Source: Octopus sinensis (taxonomy: Eukaryota). From it: a stretch of 64,000 nt of DNA. A model generated the notes under the pieces. That model saw only the letters and a list, made by a program, of their open reading frames with translations, was not told the DNA's origin and did not search any database. Every line of letters begins with the position of its first letter. Position 1 is the stretch's first letter. The stretch is taken from positions 23,436,001-23,500,000 of the forward strand of contig NC_043005.1 of assembly GCF_006345805.1 (NCBI RefSeq). The letters are read 5' to 3'. The translations under genes were made by a program, and so were the position numbers. Shown here piece after piece: positions 12,101 through 24,502 of this stretch.

Positions 12101-13641
12101 CTCTTACGAATTGAAATAATGAAGAATAAATGTTCTGTCCAGAAATGTAATAAAACACTGGCAGCAGTTTTGAACTCACAATATTTTAATCTGTGCAACC
12201 ATTTTACTCCTTCAAGCCATGATAGGAAAGGAATTCAACACTGCAAATCAGCAAAATATTCATTAGATTTACATTAACAGGATGTTTCTATACCAGGGAC
12301 AGGAAACTCCTTGTCCACCCACTGACAAAATTTCATCTTTAATCATATTTGAAGTCTCTTGCTGATGAAGTTCTCTAAAAACACTTTTGTGTAAACTACA
12401 TTTTAATCCTTAAGATCAAAGCAATAATTTAATATAAGTTGCTTTTGACACTCCATATGATTATTTAAATTATAACTGGTTAATTAAAACATTATAGTTT
12501 AATTAATGTTGCTCTAAATAATAAGGTGCTCCAGCTCCAGCAATAACATCATTTTACCTCTGCTTTCCATGTCAGTGTAGACTGAATGGACTATCTACTT
12601 TCAAGTCCATATTCTAAGTTGTAACCTTCCTGACGTTCTATTTTTTTTACTTGATTTGTATAGCTGTATGCTCTTCCTATCACCAACTACTTTACAGAGC
12701 ATACTAGGTGCATTTTATCTTAATACCAGTACCAGAGAGGTTGTCAAATGCTTAACAAGACAAAAGTAAGAGTCCTCTCAATCTTATATTCTCTTCACTT
12801 AGACACTAACCACTGGGTGCATTTTGTTGTGGCACAAGCATTAGTGAGGTTGCCTTGTACAGAGCAAGACAAAAGTATTCACTTCTCTATGCTGTCTGTT
12901 TGTTCATTGAAGGCAACATGGTCTATAGAGTGAATAGAGAATGCAATTGCAGATGATGAACTAATGTAAGATGAAAGAAGTGAGACTATGATGGAGAAAG
13001 AGAAATTGTGGTGACAATGTGAAAGAGAACTGAGAGAGAGAGAGAGAGACATTACAAGGTAGAGTAATGGAAGAGAGAGAGAGAGAGAGAGAGGGAGAGA
13101 TAGAAATGGAGAGTCATGGCAGGATGCAATGCAAGAATTGCATTTCATTTATTTTTCTTTGTACAGATGTGCTCTTGCAGTTTATGACTATTTATTTCAC
13201 CTTTGGTAATAATAAAAGTACCTCAAACCTTAATAAAAAACCCCCCCAGCTAAACGTACCTCTACTCACACTCTATTGTCTTTCAAAAGAAATGACACAT
13301 TAGGGAATGTAGTCCTAGATACACAATGCCCGAAGAAAAAAGAAGGTAGTCATGACTGGATCACCATTGATTATAGGTTTGTTGTATAAAAGACTGACCC
13401 AGGGACAAGCAGCAGCAGCAGCAGCGGTGGCGAGGACGACAACGACAACAAGAACAACAGTATAGTACCCCCAACTTATTTTAGTCGTAAGTTGAACTCC
13501 ATTTTGCTACCTCTTCACAACCAAAAGAGACTGGATGACAAAAAGACAAAACAGCGGTTTGTTGTTGAGTAATATAACACGTGTTTGTGTAACAGGAAGG
13601 CGGAGTGTTGGTGATATGGTGAGATAGACAGAGCAAGCACA

Positions 13642-13691
<50 letters not shown>

Positions 13692-13736
13692 ACGTTTGTA
13701 TGAATGTATATATGGCAATGTTTCGATATTAGTATA

Positions 13737-13808
13737 TGACGTCACTCATGAATGATTGTGTTTGTTCAACTCTGATGAAACAATGTTATACGCTCACTCA
13801 TGACGTCA
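13737..13808. promoter_or_regulatory. Pair of full palindromic CRE sites (TGACGTCA) in a CpG-rich region
   Basis: TGACGTCA at 13737-13744 and 13801-13808; the sites are seen directly, their function is inferred. Confidence 0.4.
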
Positions 13809-15569
13809 TAGACTTTTACCGAAAGATCATACACACACACAGACGCACACAGACGCACGCACGCACACACACACATATATATCGGGAGAAAGAGATTGAA
13901 TGAAGAATGTTTTTAACAAGCAAAAAGGAAGCAATTTAAAAATAAAAGTAAAAGGACGGAAAACATTAAAACGTTTACTCTATTGTCTATTATTGCCATT
14001 TTACCTTTAATTTTACCTATTTTTCACGAGATGGAGAGAGCGAACGAAAGAGGAAGAGATAGACAGCGATAAATAGAAAGAGGAAGACAGATAGACAAAG
14101 AGAGAGAGAGAAAGAGAGACAGAGAGAAAGAGATAGAGAGGAAATAAGTGACAGAGACGAGAGAGAGAGAGGTGTTTTTCCTGTTTACTCTTTTACTCTT
14201 GTTTCAGTCATTTCACTGTGGCCATGCTGGAGCACCGCCTTTAGCCGAGCAAACCGACTCTTAGTTTTTGTCTTGTCTAAGATTGAGAATAATATTCAAT
14301 GTGTAATCAAAGATAACATCAGATGTCTATCGTATTTAATTGCTCATTCTCAAATTAACCCCGGTCCGACAGACCTATGTATGATTAGAGGTATTCCAAC
14401 CGCGACCATCCTATCTTTTTACAATATATAATTTATAAAAGACTAACGTTGTCTAAAATGCTCTTCTCTCTTTCTTTTTTTTAATAGCTAGCAGGTTGTG
14501 ATATAAGATATATTTTCTTGGATAGGGCATTTGCTCTGAGAAAAATAGCGTATCTATAATTTTACCAATCCATAGATGTGTAACTTCTATCATGTTACTG
14601 TTTTGTTCTTAAGGATTAAACCTTTATTTTTATATGAGTTTTTAGGGAACTTCGTCAGCTGGCAGTTTCCCATAAGAAAGAAAGAAAGGAGTTTCTTATC
14701 TCTGATAAAGGACCTTTCTATGAAGCTTGTCTACCGTATTAAGAGAATATAGAAAAAGATCTAAAGTGCATTGGATTTATTATTTATTTATTTTAATGTC
14801 CCATTGAAATAAATAATAAATATAAGTTCAAGATTAGCTGTGAGGACAGTAGTGATGAACCGAACAAGGTAATCGAAGTTCAGAAGATGAGCGGAGCGAA
14901 GCGAGCTTTCTTCTTTTGGGATCGAATGTTAACAGGAAATCTGTGTGTTATTGCGTGAACATGCGTTAACGTGGTGTATGTGTGTGTGCATGTAAGTGTG
15001 TAAATTTGTGTGTTTAACAACGAAAATTTGTGCATGTGTTAACGTGTGTATTTTAATGTGTGAACGTGTATTTGCTTTCAGGCTCTTTGTATGTGTGTGT
15101 GCTCGCGCGTGCGTGTATACGAGTGCACATGTACTATTGCATACTTTTAAAAATTGGATCGAAAACGAAAGTGGAATCTTCAACCTCCAAGAATCCGAGT
15201 GACACAAGGGAAGTAACTCGGTATGACCTTCGTTTTGCAGTTAAATAAACCTGTATTCGCTCAATTATAGAATGGGATTCCGATCACACTCCTCTCCTAT
15301 CGACAATGGAGATTCATTTGTTTGACCAACTGAAATCTTACTCGTGAAATTATTGTTCAAGTGGCTGAGCATTTAACACAATTCTCTATGACAAGGTTGG
15401 ATTTTAAAAATTAAAAGTACAACCACAGAGAGAATTGATCAGTTACTGGAGTAAAACTTTATTGATTGGCAAAAGTATGAAGATCTAGGTTAACCTCATT
15501 AGGATTTGAACACAGAATGCAGAAAATAAATCTTCAACGACCCTACCTTATCCTATCCCTAATCATCCT

Positions 15570-15875
15570 TCATATATTTTTTTTGGCCAAATGATTTTGA
15601 AAACTGCAAAATAAATGATAATCAGATGGGATAATGTCCAGTGAATATGGTGGGTGGGGTATCATTTCCCATTCAAACTTCTCCAGCCTTTGGAATATCA
15701 TCCTCACTGTATGTAGCTGAGCATTATCCTGATAGAAGAACACCTTTTGTCTTGAAACCAAAGATGGTCGTTTTTCTTCTATCACTGACTTAAGCCACTC
15801 AAGCTGCTTGCAGTAGATCCCCTTTGTTATTGTTTGGTTTGGGTTTAAAAGTTCAAAGTGCATTAAAGCTTTCAT
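15570..15875 (-). mobile_element. mariner transposase C-terminal fragment
   Basis: QDNAQLH...HPPYSLDIIPSDYHLFCSFQN (decayed HDNARPH and HPPYSPDLAPSDY motifs). Confidence 0.85.
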
Positions 15876-16018
15876 ATCTCACTAAACAGATAATAACACC
15901 TTATGTGGGTAAAGACCTTCTTTAGCCTGGGGTGCCAGTGTTTCTCCTTTCCCTACCCACTGTTTTCGGCGCTTGACATTTTTATAGAGAACCTTTTTCT
16001 CCTCACCAGTTACTATTC

Positions 16019-17995
16019 TATAATAATAATAATGAAATTATTGTATACAGTGCTCAGGTGCACCACAACTTGTCAAAAGTGCGTATAAAGCATATGCAGT
16101 AATGTACAAATGTCTGGAAAGCGAACAGTATATGAATAAGATACATGCTTGCGTGTGTATGGAGGGGAGAAAATCAGGTGTAGTGTTGGTGAATCTCAGG
16201 AAGCATGGAAGTTTTGAAGGATGCAGTGCTCTAACAAGTAACAACTGATGCTGGCAGTTTGTTCCATACTTCAGCAACTCTTAGCGTGAAAAAAATGTTT
16301 CTGAAAGTCACAGGAGCTGTGCTGTTCTCTGACTTTGTAAACATGTCCACAGATGTTAGACAGGTGGAGTTTGAAAAGGTGCTCAGAGTTATTGTTTGTA
16401 AGTTTCAATGTATCCATGCCCAGAGAAGTAAGGCATTCAGAATATGGCAGATGCCTGATGGAGGGTATTCTCTTGGTGAACGGCTTCCAGATGATTAATA
16501 TCCTGGGCAAGATAGGGGTTCCAGACTGGTGATGCAAATTCCAGGTGAGGCCACACCATAGCTATATAATGCCTCAGATAGATAGCCGGAGAGACTTGGT
16601 GAGTGATGCCAAGACACCCTCAGCCTTCTTGGCAACTTTAGCAATGTGTTTTGTCCAACGCAAATCACTGTCGACAATAATGCCCAGGTCACGTTCACAA
16701 GAAGACTTTTTGAGATTAGTGTTGTGGAGGGAGTAAGTAGACGCTGGGTTTTTCCTCCCAAAATGCATGGTAGTACATTTGTCCACAGCCAGTTTGAGTT
16801 GCCAGTCCTGCATTGTGTCCAGGTCTGATTGCAATAGAGATCTATAGTGTACAGGATCTGACCTCTTTACTTTGAGGTACAGCTTGATGTCATCTGCATA
16901 TTTCAGCACTGTGGCATTCTTTAAGTTGGCACCTATGTCATTAACATATGCAACAAATAAAAGGGGGCCAAGAACAAATCACTGTGGTACACCAGATGTC
17001 ATCTCATAGAGTGAAGAGTGCTGTCCTAGAACTGTAATAACTTTTTTTCGGCCAATAATGAAGGACTTCAACCAGTTATAGAGATCGTCTCTTACACCCA
17101 TTGCAGAGAGTTTCACCATAAGTCTTTTGTGTGGCACAGAATTAAAAGCCTTAGCAAAGTCCAGGTAAACAACATCCACCCAGGATCCACAATCAGTGAT
17201 TCGGGTAATGTCCTCAAGAAACTCGATGAGTTGATTACAGCAGCTGGAGTTAGGAATAAATCCAAATTGTGACAGCTGGATGAGGCTGTGAGACTTCCAG
17301 AAGTTCCAGAGGGTTTCTGTGACACAGGATTCCATCAGTTTGGTGATGCAGCTAGTAAGACTAATGGAGCGATAGTTGACAGGCAATGTGCGGTCAACTT
17401 TTTTGAACAGAGGGATAAAACTGGCAGTTTTCCACTGTTCTGGAGTAACACCATTGTCAAGACAGAATTGAAAGAATAGTGAAAATTGGTTTAGAAGAAA
17501 GTACCCACCGTGTTTAAGAAGTAGGTATGTTACACCATCGAGACCAGGAGAGGCATAGTTTTGTTTATTCTTAAGGTGGCGTTGTAGCATTGCTGGTGTA
17601 AATTTCATAGTAGTTATAGAGTCTGGTGTCAGAGGTGATGGAGATGGAACATTTTGATCTTCAACAGTAAAGATGCCTGCATAGCATCCAGCAATGATTT
17701 CTGCACATTCTTTGGGATTGCCAGTAATCTGCCCTGTGTGGGGATTGCGAAGGGGACCAACTGGAGAGTGAGGTCTCTGCTTTGAGTGTACATACTTCCA
17801 GAACACTTTGCTGTCAGGGTTGGTTGCTATGCGCTGTTCAAATTCAAACACTGCCTTTTTTGTCACCTGCTTGAGATGGTTGGCTGATCTATTGCACTTT
17901 TTCCTGTTGATCTCTGATTTGTGCAATTTGTATTCCTGTTCAGCATTACGGCGTTCTTTCCTGGCAAGTCGGACTGCTGCAGTCTCCCAAACTGC
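16019..17995 (-). mobile_element. 5'-truncated CR1-clade LINE (reverse transcriptase plus 3' UTR with (ATT)n tail)
   Basis: YRSISLTSCITKLME, QFGF, YLDFAKAFNSVPH, SGVPQ*FVLGPLLF (TGA at 16979-16981, in frame), KYADDIKL, ERDLGIIVD; frameshifts in the 3' part; candidate TSD ACTATTC at 16012-16018 and 17996-18002. Confidence 0.92.
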
Positions 17996-19349
17996 ACTAT
18001 TCATGCAGAATAATCCCCTGGTGTATTATATCTCTACCCTTTTATCATTATACTTAATTAGCATTACCACTCTCCTACTGTCTCTACATGTACTTGAGTA
18101 ACCAACTGATGTGGATATGCTTTTTGTTGAGGGAACTCTAGTAAGATCAAAATGTGTCCATTACTATCACCAGTTGCCTTTAATCTGTCAGCATCTATGG
18201 TCCTCTTAAGTTCACAAGAATAATTATTGATATTTCACCAACAATTGTATTTTAATGAGATATATGTAATTAATCAAAAAGATTAGAGTGTCTTTTAAAA
18301 ATATACCCATATTTTGTTGAACATTAGCAATGCTGTTGCCTCAACTTTCAATGAAGCACCAAAATCTTGAAGGGAAGGACACACAGTTTCATATCTATTT
18401 TTTTATTCAAAAACTTATGAGATAAGTAGTACTTATATCCAGACCATATTTGTATGTAGAATAAATGAATGTTCTGGTTGTCCTTTAAAGTCAAGTAAAA
18501 CATGTAACGTAATTTTGCTCTGATATAGGATGCTCTGATAGTAAGGACTAAGGTCACAAGGACACCTTACTTTCCATTTTCTTTCATGATGATGATGGTG
18601 ATGATGATTGTATATAGGATAAAATGATCTGCACAGGCAAACTATTTTGTATTGAAAATTTTAATTTAATTATATGATGAACTGAAGCATCAAAATACCT
18701 GTTTAATAGGGTAAAATATTTTATTTACATTTTCTTTAATTTTTAGTTTCCATTTAAAAAGTGTTTCAAAACATTGCTTAAAATAAATGTGCTGCTGGTC
18801 TTCCCATTGGGGAATGTTTCAACAAAAGGCATTTAAAGTAATATGTATTTCATTTGGATTAGTAAATAAAAATGGTTAACTTTTTCTTTTTTGACTCATT
18901 TGTCAATCATTTTAAAATAAGAATTCTATTTCAAGACTCTTGTTTCTTGAATAAAAGTGACCCATTTCTCCATGGTCCATAAAAAAGACCAAATATAAAG
19001 TTATTTTTCATAAAATATTATGATAAAGGCAGTGCTTCAGCATAGCTGCAGTCAAATGACTGAAACAAATAAAAGAATATAGTATTAAATAATGGTGAAA
19101 AAACGGTTTTTAAGAAAAGAAATTTGAGGAAAAAGGTCTCCGGAAAAAAAACTGGAGATAAGATCCACTCCTAACTGCATAGTCTTAAATTTTCTAAATA
19201 TTTACATAATCTAATATTACTGGAGTTACTCCTCTTGCTACTGTTGTAGAACATTTGTAGAAGGAATTTTTTTCTTCTAATTGAAAAGATAATCTCAGTT
19301 AATTGCAGTTCTTAGCTTACTATATTGCATATATGAACATTATATATAT

Positions 19350-19635
19350 AATTGCAGCATGGAAGGTGTTTATAAGCCATTTAAAACACACAAAAGCCAT
19401 TACATTCACTTCAACATTTGAATTTAATTTGTGTCAAATTATTTTCATCACTTTGAAACTGCAACATAGTCACTGACAAAATTTCATGCAGCACGGAATT
19501 TTATCAGTGAATAGGTTGTGGTTTCAAAGTGATGAAAATATTTAGACACAAATTAAATTCAAATGTTGAAGTTAATGTAATGGTTTTTTGTGCTTTTTTT
19601 TTAAATGGCTTATAAACACCTTCCACACTGCAATT
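19350..19635. repeat. Palindromic (fold-back) element, about 285 bp
   Basis: aattgcagcatggaaggtgtttataagccatttaaaa... mirrored by ...tttaaatggcttataaacaccttccacactgcaatt. Confidence 0.85.
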
Positions 19636-19758
19636 GTTTTTGTTTCAGCACATGATCTCAGATCAAGTCACTTGCTATGCAAGTACATCTTTGTAATATA
19701 TATATATATATATGTATGTATATAAATGAGTAAATATTTGAATGAATATTCATAAAGA

Positions 19759-19792
<34 letters not shown>

Positions 19793-19965
19793 GTCAGCAT
19801 GGAAAGCGGACGTTAAATGATGATGATGATGATGATGATGATGATCAGTAATGGATATATAAATAATTAATAATAATAACAATAATATTAGTGGCCAGCA
19901 AGCAATACTGTTGTTAATCAATAAAATTTTATGATTAATAAATAACTATAATAGAAGGTACACAA

Positions 19966-20221
19966 AGTACCAGCTTGCTAGAAATAAGAGTTAAGACACT
20001 CAAACAAACCACCAAACTCACTGAAAATGATAACAGACCGACAGAAATCAGGCTAATGAGCAGAGAAAATTCAACATTTTAACTCAGCTGAAAGCTGTAG
20101 AATTAGGTAATAGATCTATTACTTAATTCTACAGCTTTCAGCTGAGATAAAATGTTGAATTTTCGGTGAGTTTAGTGGTTTGTTTGAGTATTTCAACTCT
20201 TATTTCTAGCAAGCTGGTACT
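19966..20221. repeat. Palindromic element, about 255 bp, centred on taatagatctatta
   Basis: agtaccagcttgctagaaataagagtt... / ...aactcttatttctagcaagctggtact, with an unpaired insert in the left arm. Confidence 0.85.
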
Positions 20222-20410
20222 CTAAATTCCATTTCATATGTATTTTTATATTTTCGATGGTGATCTTTTCAAAGTATGTAAATGCTTTTGCAAATAAACA
20301 TACAGATCATTTCAGAAGCTCCAGGAAACTTTGAGGTTATCCACATGCACTCAGCTCTGACTGCACTGCAGCTTTTATCAGAAACAGGTGTAAGCTAATG
20401 AAGTTGATTA

Positions 20411-21332
20411 CCGTAAATCCTCGAGTATAATCCGCATTTTCCCACCAAAATTTAGAGGTCAAAATCCCTAGTGTGTACTATACAAGAAGTTAAAAATGAA
20501 AAATATTTTCAAAGCAACGTCTGAGTCTCTATTTGCTGTCCAGTAATGTTTATTCAGATGCATTTTGTGATGTCGGGTGCAAAAATCCCTTAAGCTAAGC
20601 CTGAAAGCAATGAAGTCATAAAAGAATCATCCATAACTTGCAGTAAGCAGCATTTATTAAAATAAAAGTATTCATAACACAGAATAACATGTAACAAAAA
20701 CAATTTGCAAACATATTTACATTCCCATATAACAGTTAAGAACATCACCATTATTGTATTATGCATGCGTGGAAGTGTTTGTTCGACTTGGTGCTGCTGG
20801 TTTAATTACACACAAATTGTGCTTTATAGTTTAGCGCTAAATAGTTCATCCTGCTGTTTGTATTGGCAGTTTGAATCATTACCGTGGCAAACAATAGATA
20901 CTTAATTAAATACCAGTATTAAATGTTTGAACTACTGTAGGTCTTTACTAGGGTTTTTTATAAGTGGGACTTAAACCTGTACACTAATCTCCAATAAAAC
21001 ATTTTATACATTACATGCCCATGAAATGCCCCGTAGATCATATTTGGCTATATTTAAACTTGTAGTTATATCATATGCTGAAGAGCATGGTAATAGGGTG
21101 GTCGGAAGAAAATTTTAAAAGCTACACGTTTGCATTAATTTATATATACAATAATAATAAATGACGTTACCATATACATTTTTATAAACCAAGGACTTTA
21201 TATAGACCTCTTTGACTCAAGTTAGAGAAGGGGTGCGTATTATATACAAGGTTTAGGTTTTTCAGAGTTACAGCCCCCTAAAAAACCCCTGCATATTATA
21301 CTCAAGGGCGGACTATACTTGAGGATTTACGA
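20411..21332. mobile_element. pogo/Tigger-type non-autonomous DNA transposon, TA TSD
   Basis: TA|CCGTAAATCCTCGAGTATAATCCGC ... GCGGACTATACTTGAGGATTTACGA|TA. Confidence 0.8.
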
Positions 21333-21379
21333 TATGTAATTCTTGTTTCTTTGTCATTTATTTAATTTATATATATATC

Positions 21380-21741
21380 CCACGACATGGTACCTTGGGC
21401 AAATGTCTTCTACTATAGCCCCGGACCGACCAAAGCCTTGTGAGTGGATTTGGTAGACGGAAACTAAAAGAAGCCCTTCATGTATATATATGTATATATA
21501 TATATATGTATGTATGTGTGTGTGTGTATATGTTTGTGTGTCAGTGTTTGTCCCCTCAAAATCACTTGACAACCGATGCTGGTGTGTTTACATCCCCATA
21601 ACTTAGCAGTTCAGCAAAAGAGACCAATAGAATAAGTACTAGGCTTACAAAGAAGAAGTCCTGGGGTTGATTTGGTCGACTAAAGGCGGTGCTCCAACAT
21701 GGCCACAGTCAAATGACTGAATCAAGTAAAAGAGTAAAAGA
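21380..21741 (+). mobile_element. SINE family B
   Basis: ccttgggcaaatgtcttctactatagcc...gtaaaagagtaaaagagta. Confidence 0.8.
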
Positions 21742-21850
<109 letters not shown>

Positions 21851-22901
21851 CATATGCATACATACATGTTTATATATATACAACTTTCCACACAATTTTC
21901 AGAAAAAAAGATATCTTTTAATTAAATTTTCTACAAATGCGCTTCAAAGAACGAAGATTCCAATAATATTAGAATTTGTAATGAAAAATTCTAATATATA
22001 TATATAAGGAATGAGCCTTCACGCATCTTGCATTCTTCATTCAATAAGACAATTAGTAATGGAATGCAAGTAACAATCACAGTAGGTCTGAACATATGCC
22101 CCATGTGCTGGGTTTTTTTTATGCATGCCCCTTATGTTGGCATACCTACACTACTGTGCCCCCCACCGATGTTGTTTCCTCAAACGAAGATTCCAATGAT
22201 ATTAGAATTAGTAATGAAAAATTTTTTCCCGAGGGTGGGATAGAGTTTCGGAAAATTCACACAAATCAGCTTTGTTTCCTCATAACTTTCAGGAAAATGG
22301 GTAATTTTTCTTGAGATTTTCTACAGATACTTTTCTGAGTGTTTAGATTACGATCGTATCTGAATATAATATGAAGGAAAAAATGTGGTGGGCTGGTACA
22401 CATACATATTGAAACATCAAATATGCATACAAAATGAAACTTGAAATTTTGGAAAAAACCCCAAAAATCTGTTATGTGTATCAGTATAATTGTGTACAAG
22501 TCCACCGATTTTTTTTCCTATTCATTTCCAATATAATCGTAATCTATAGGCTTTGGTAGGCATTTGTAGAAGATTTCATTAAAAAAATACCCACTTATCT
22601 TAAAGATATAAGGAATCAAAGCTAACTCATTGTGAATTTTCCGAAACTCCTCCACCCATGGAAAAAACAAATGACTACAAATTCCGATGTAATTGGAATT
22701 TACACCATCTGAAGCATATTTGTAGAAAATTTTATTTTAAAATATTCATTTTTCTGGAAATAATGAGGAAACAAAGTTGGTGGGAGGTCACACTTGTATA
22801 GGTAAACCCTCATTTCATCAGGATCATAAGTGATAGTGGTTAAACAGGATAAGGGAAGTAACTCTAATTGTTGCACCAAGTTGCGTAGAAAAATGTTGAA
22901 G

Positions 22902-23046
22902 ATGGCGCAGACTCTACGAAGTTATTCTCGAGTTTTGTGGTCGAAGTTAGCATACAAACACGCGGTTGGAGCTGCTAATTCATTAACCACACGATCAAAT
23001 AGAACTATGTTACATTCATCTACTAGACATTTCGTTGCACCGTCAG
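22902..23046 (+). CDS. FDX2: FDX2 exon 1 (mitochondrial targeting peptide)
   Basis: aagATGGcg start (alternative in-frame ATG at 22893); Arg/Ser/Thr-rich peptide with no acidic residues; donor TCAG|GTTTAG in phase 1, matching exon 2; CpG-rich surroundings. Confidence 0.75.
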
Positions 23047-23553
23047 GTTTAGTATTAAATTTCCTTTTCCTTTCGATGTAATATACATCGATTTCTTAGA
23101 AACGTGTATTTACGGTTTAACATGTTTCGTTTTTGTTTATTACTTGTTCGCGTTAATCGTGTAAATTATTTCTCTTATATCTCACACAATTTCTCTTCGA
23201 CCAGTTCCCTCTTCTGTCTCTCCAGCAGTTGTTCCAATGCATGCATCTAAATTAAGGACAATTTCTATTTTTGTAGGACGAAACTAAAGCTCTCAAGCGT
23301 TATCATTTTTATCTAATTATGTAACATCAGTTTTTTAGAACACGAGTACAAAGCCTCAAATTTATTATTCAGTGGGGGCAAATGTGTCCTTTACACTTTT
23401 TCCAAGAACATTTCAAGTGATAAGAGTTAATTCGTTGCCCGGTTTAACACCTCCACTTGGTCCTCAGGTGCCCTTAGAGGTGTTCATTCTCTTTCAAAGT
23501 ATTCAAGCCAGGCCTCTAATTTGAGGGTAACTCCCTCTATCCTAAGAGTCATT

Positions 23554-23856
23554 GGAGGCACATGGCCTAGTGGTTGGAGCAGCGGACTCGCGGTCGAGGG
23601 ATCGCGGGTTCGAATCTCAGACCGGACGATGTGTGTGTTTATGAGCGAAACACCTAAGCTCCACGCGGCTCCGGCAGAAGGTAATGGCGAAACTTCTGCT
23701 GACTCTTTCGCCACAACTTTCTCTCACTCTTTCCTCCTGCATCTTGCAGCTCACCTGCAATGGACCGGCGTCCCGTCCAGGTGGGGAACCTATACGCCAA
23801 GAAACCGGGAAACCGGCCCTTATGAGCCAGGCATGGCTCGAGAAGGAACAAACAAC
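23554..23856 (+). mobile_element. Intact tRNA-derived SINE with 10-bp TSD (FDX2 intron 1)
   Basis: A box TGGCCTAGTGG, B box GGTTCGAATC, (AAC)n tail; TSD AAGAGTCATT at 23544-23553 and 23857-23866. Confidence 0.9.
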
Positions 23857-23898
23857 AAGAGTCATTAGCATTGTCCTTGATTCCCTGACTAAACAGTA

Positions 23899-23932
<34 letters not shown>

Positions 23933-24283
23933 GCACGCAACTGAGCTGAGATGAAGTTGTTTCTAAGAGAGTTTAAGTAGTGTTGCCGAACATGCTTGTT
24001 TGTTTATTATTGTTGCACGTTTGTTTACATTTTTTATTTTAAAATCAAAATAAATCTCGGCATTCCTTCAATTTGACTCGACGAGACCAAAACAAAACCG
24101 GTTATTTCCGAGTCAAATCGAAGGAATGACTAAATTTCAAAGGAAGGAGTAAAAACAAGGTGCGTTTGATACAGATTTAATATATAGATAAAGATATATA
24201 ACTTTACTACAGACATCTAAATTTAAATCTAGGTAGTAAGTGTCTTTTACCTTTCAATGTATAACTTGCAATTCGTATGTGCG

Positions 24284-24330
<47 letters not shown>

Positions 24331-24343
24331 CATACATATATAT

Positions 24344-24501
24344 GGCGATCCTTCGGTATAGGTACACACGTGACTTTGTTTACATTTCTGAAGATTACAG
24401 AAACCCTTTTCTCTCCCCCACCCCACCCCCATATATAAAAAAAACACTTTTTTGAAATGTATCTTCCGGAAGTACACCGGTACTTATACCGTAAGATTGC
24501 C
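24344..24501. mobile_element. MITE (158 bp, about 22-bp imperfect TIRs) in AT context
   Basis: ggcgatccttcggtataggtac / gtacttataccgtaagattgcc. Confidence 0.65.
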
Positions 24502-24502
24502 A

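Noticed and set aside
12359-12420. CTGATGA/CTGACGA-agttc(t/c)ctaaaaac repeat (also about 14600-14665 on the - strand)
   Set aside because: No GAAA or NUH follows; an ordinary dispersed repeat.
18070-18620. Short open frames on the - strand (ATGDSNGHILIL; poly-His mini-exon)
   Set aside because: No consistent splice chain or recognisable family; CAT repeats are abundant here.
22830-22892. Upstream GTG-initiated extension of the FDX2 exon 1 ORF
   Set aside because: Non-ATG start; the targeting-peptide character begins at ATG 22893/22902.
23554-23630. tRNA-like sequences (also at 38153, 51197, 53876, 28506-28578)
   Set aside because: They have A/B boxes but no complete acceptor stem and continue into SINE bodies, so they are not tRNA genes.
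24061-24128. 20-bp inverted repeat enclosing CTCGACGAGACC...AAAACCGGTT
   Set aside because: Resembles a hammerhead fossil, but both core segments are altered and stem II is absent.
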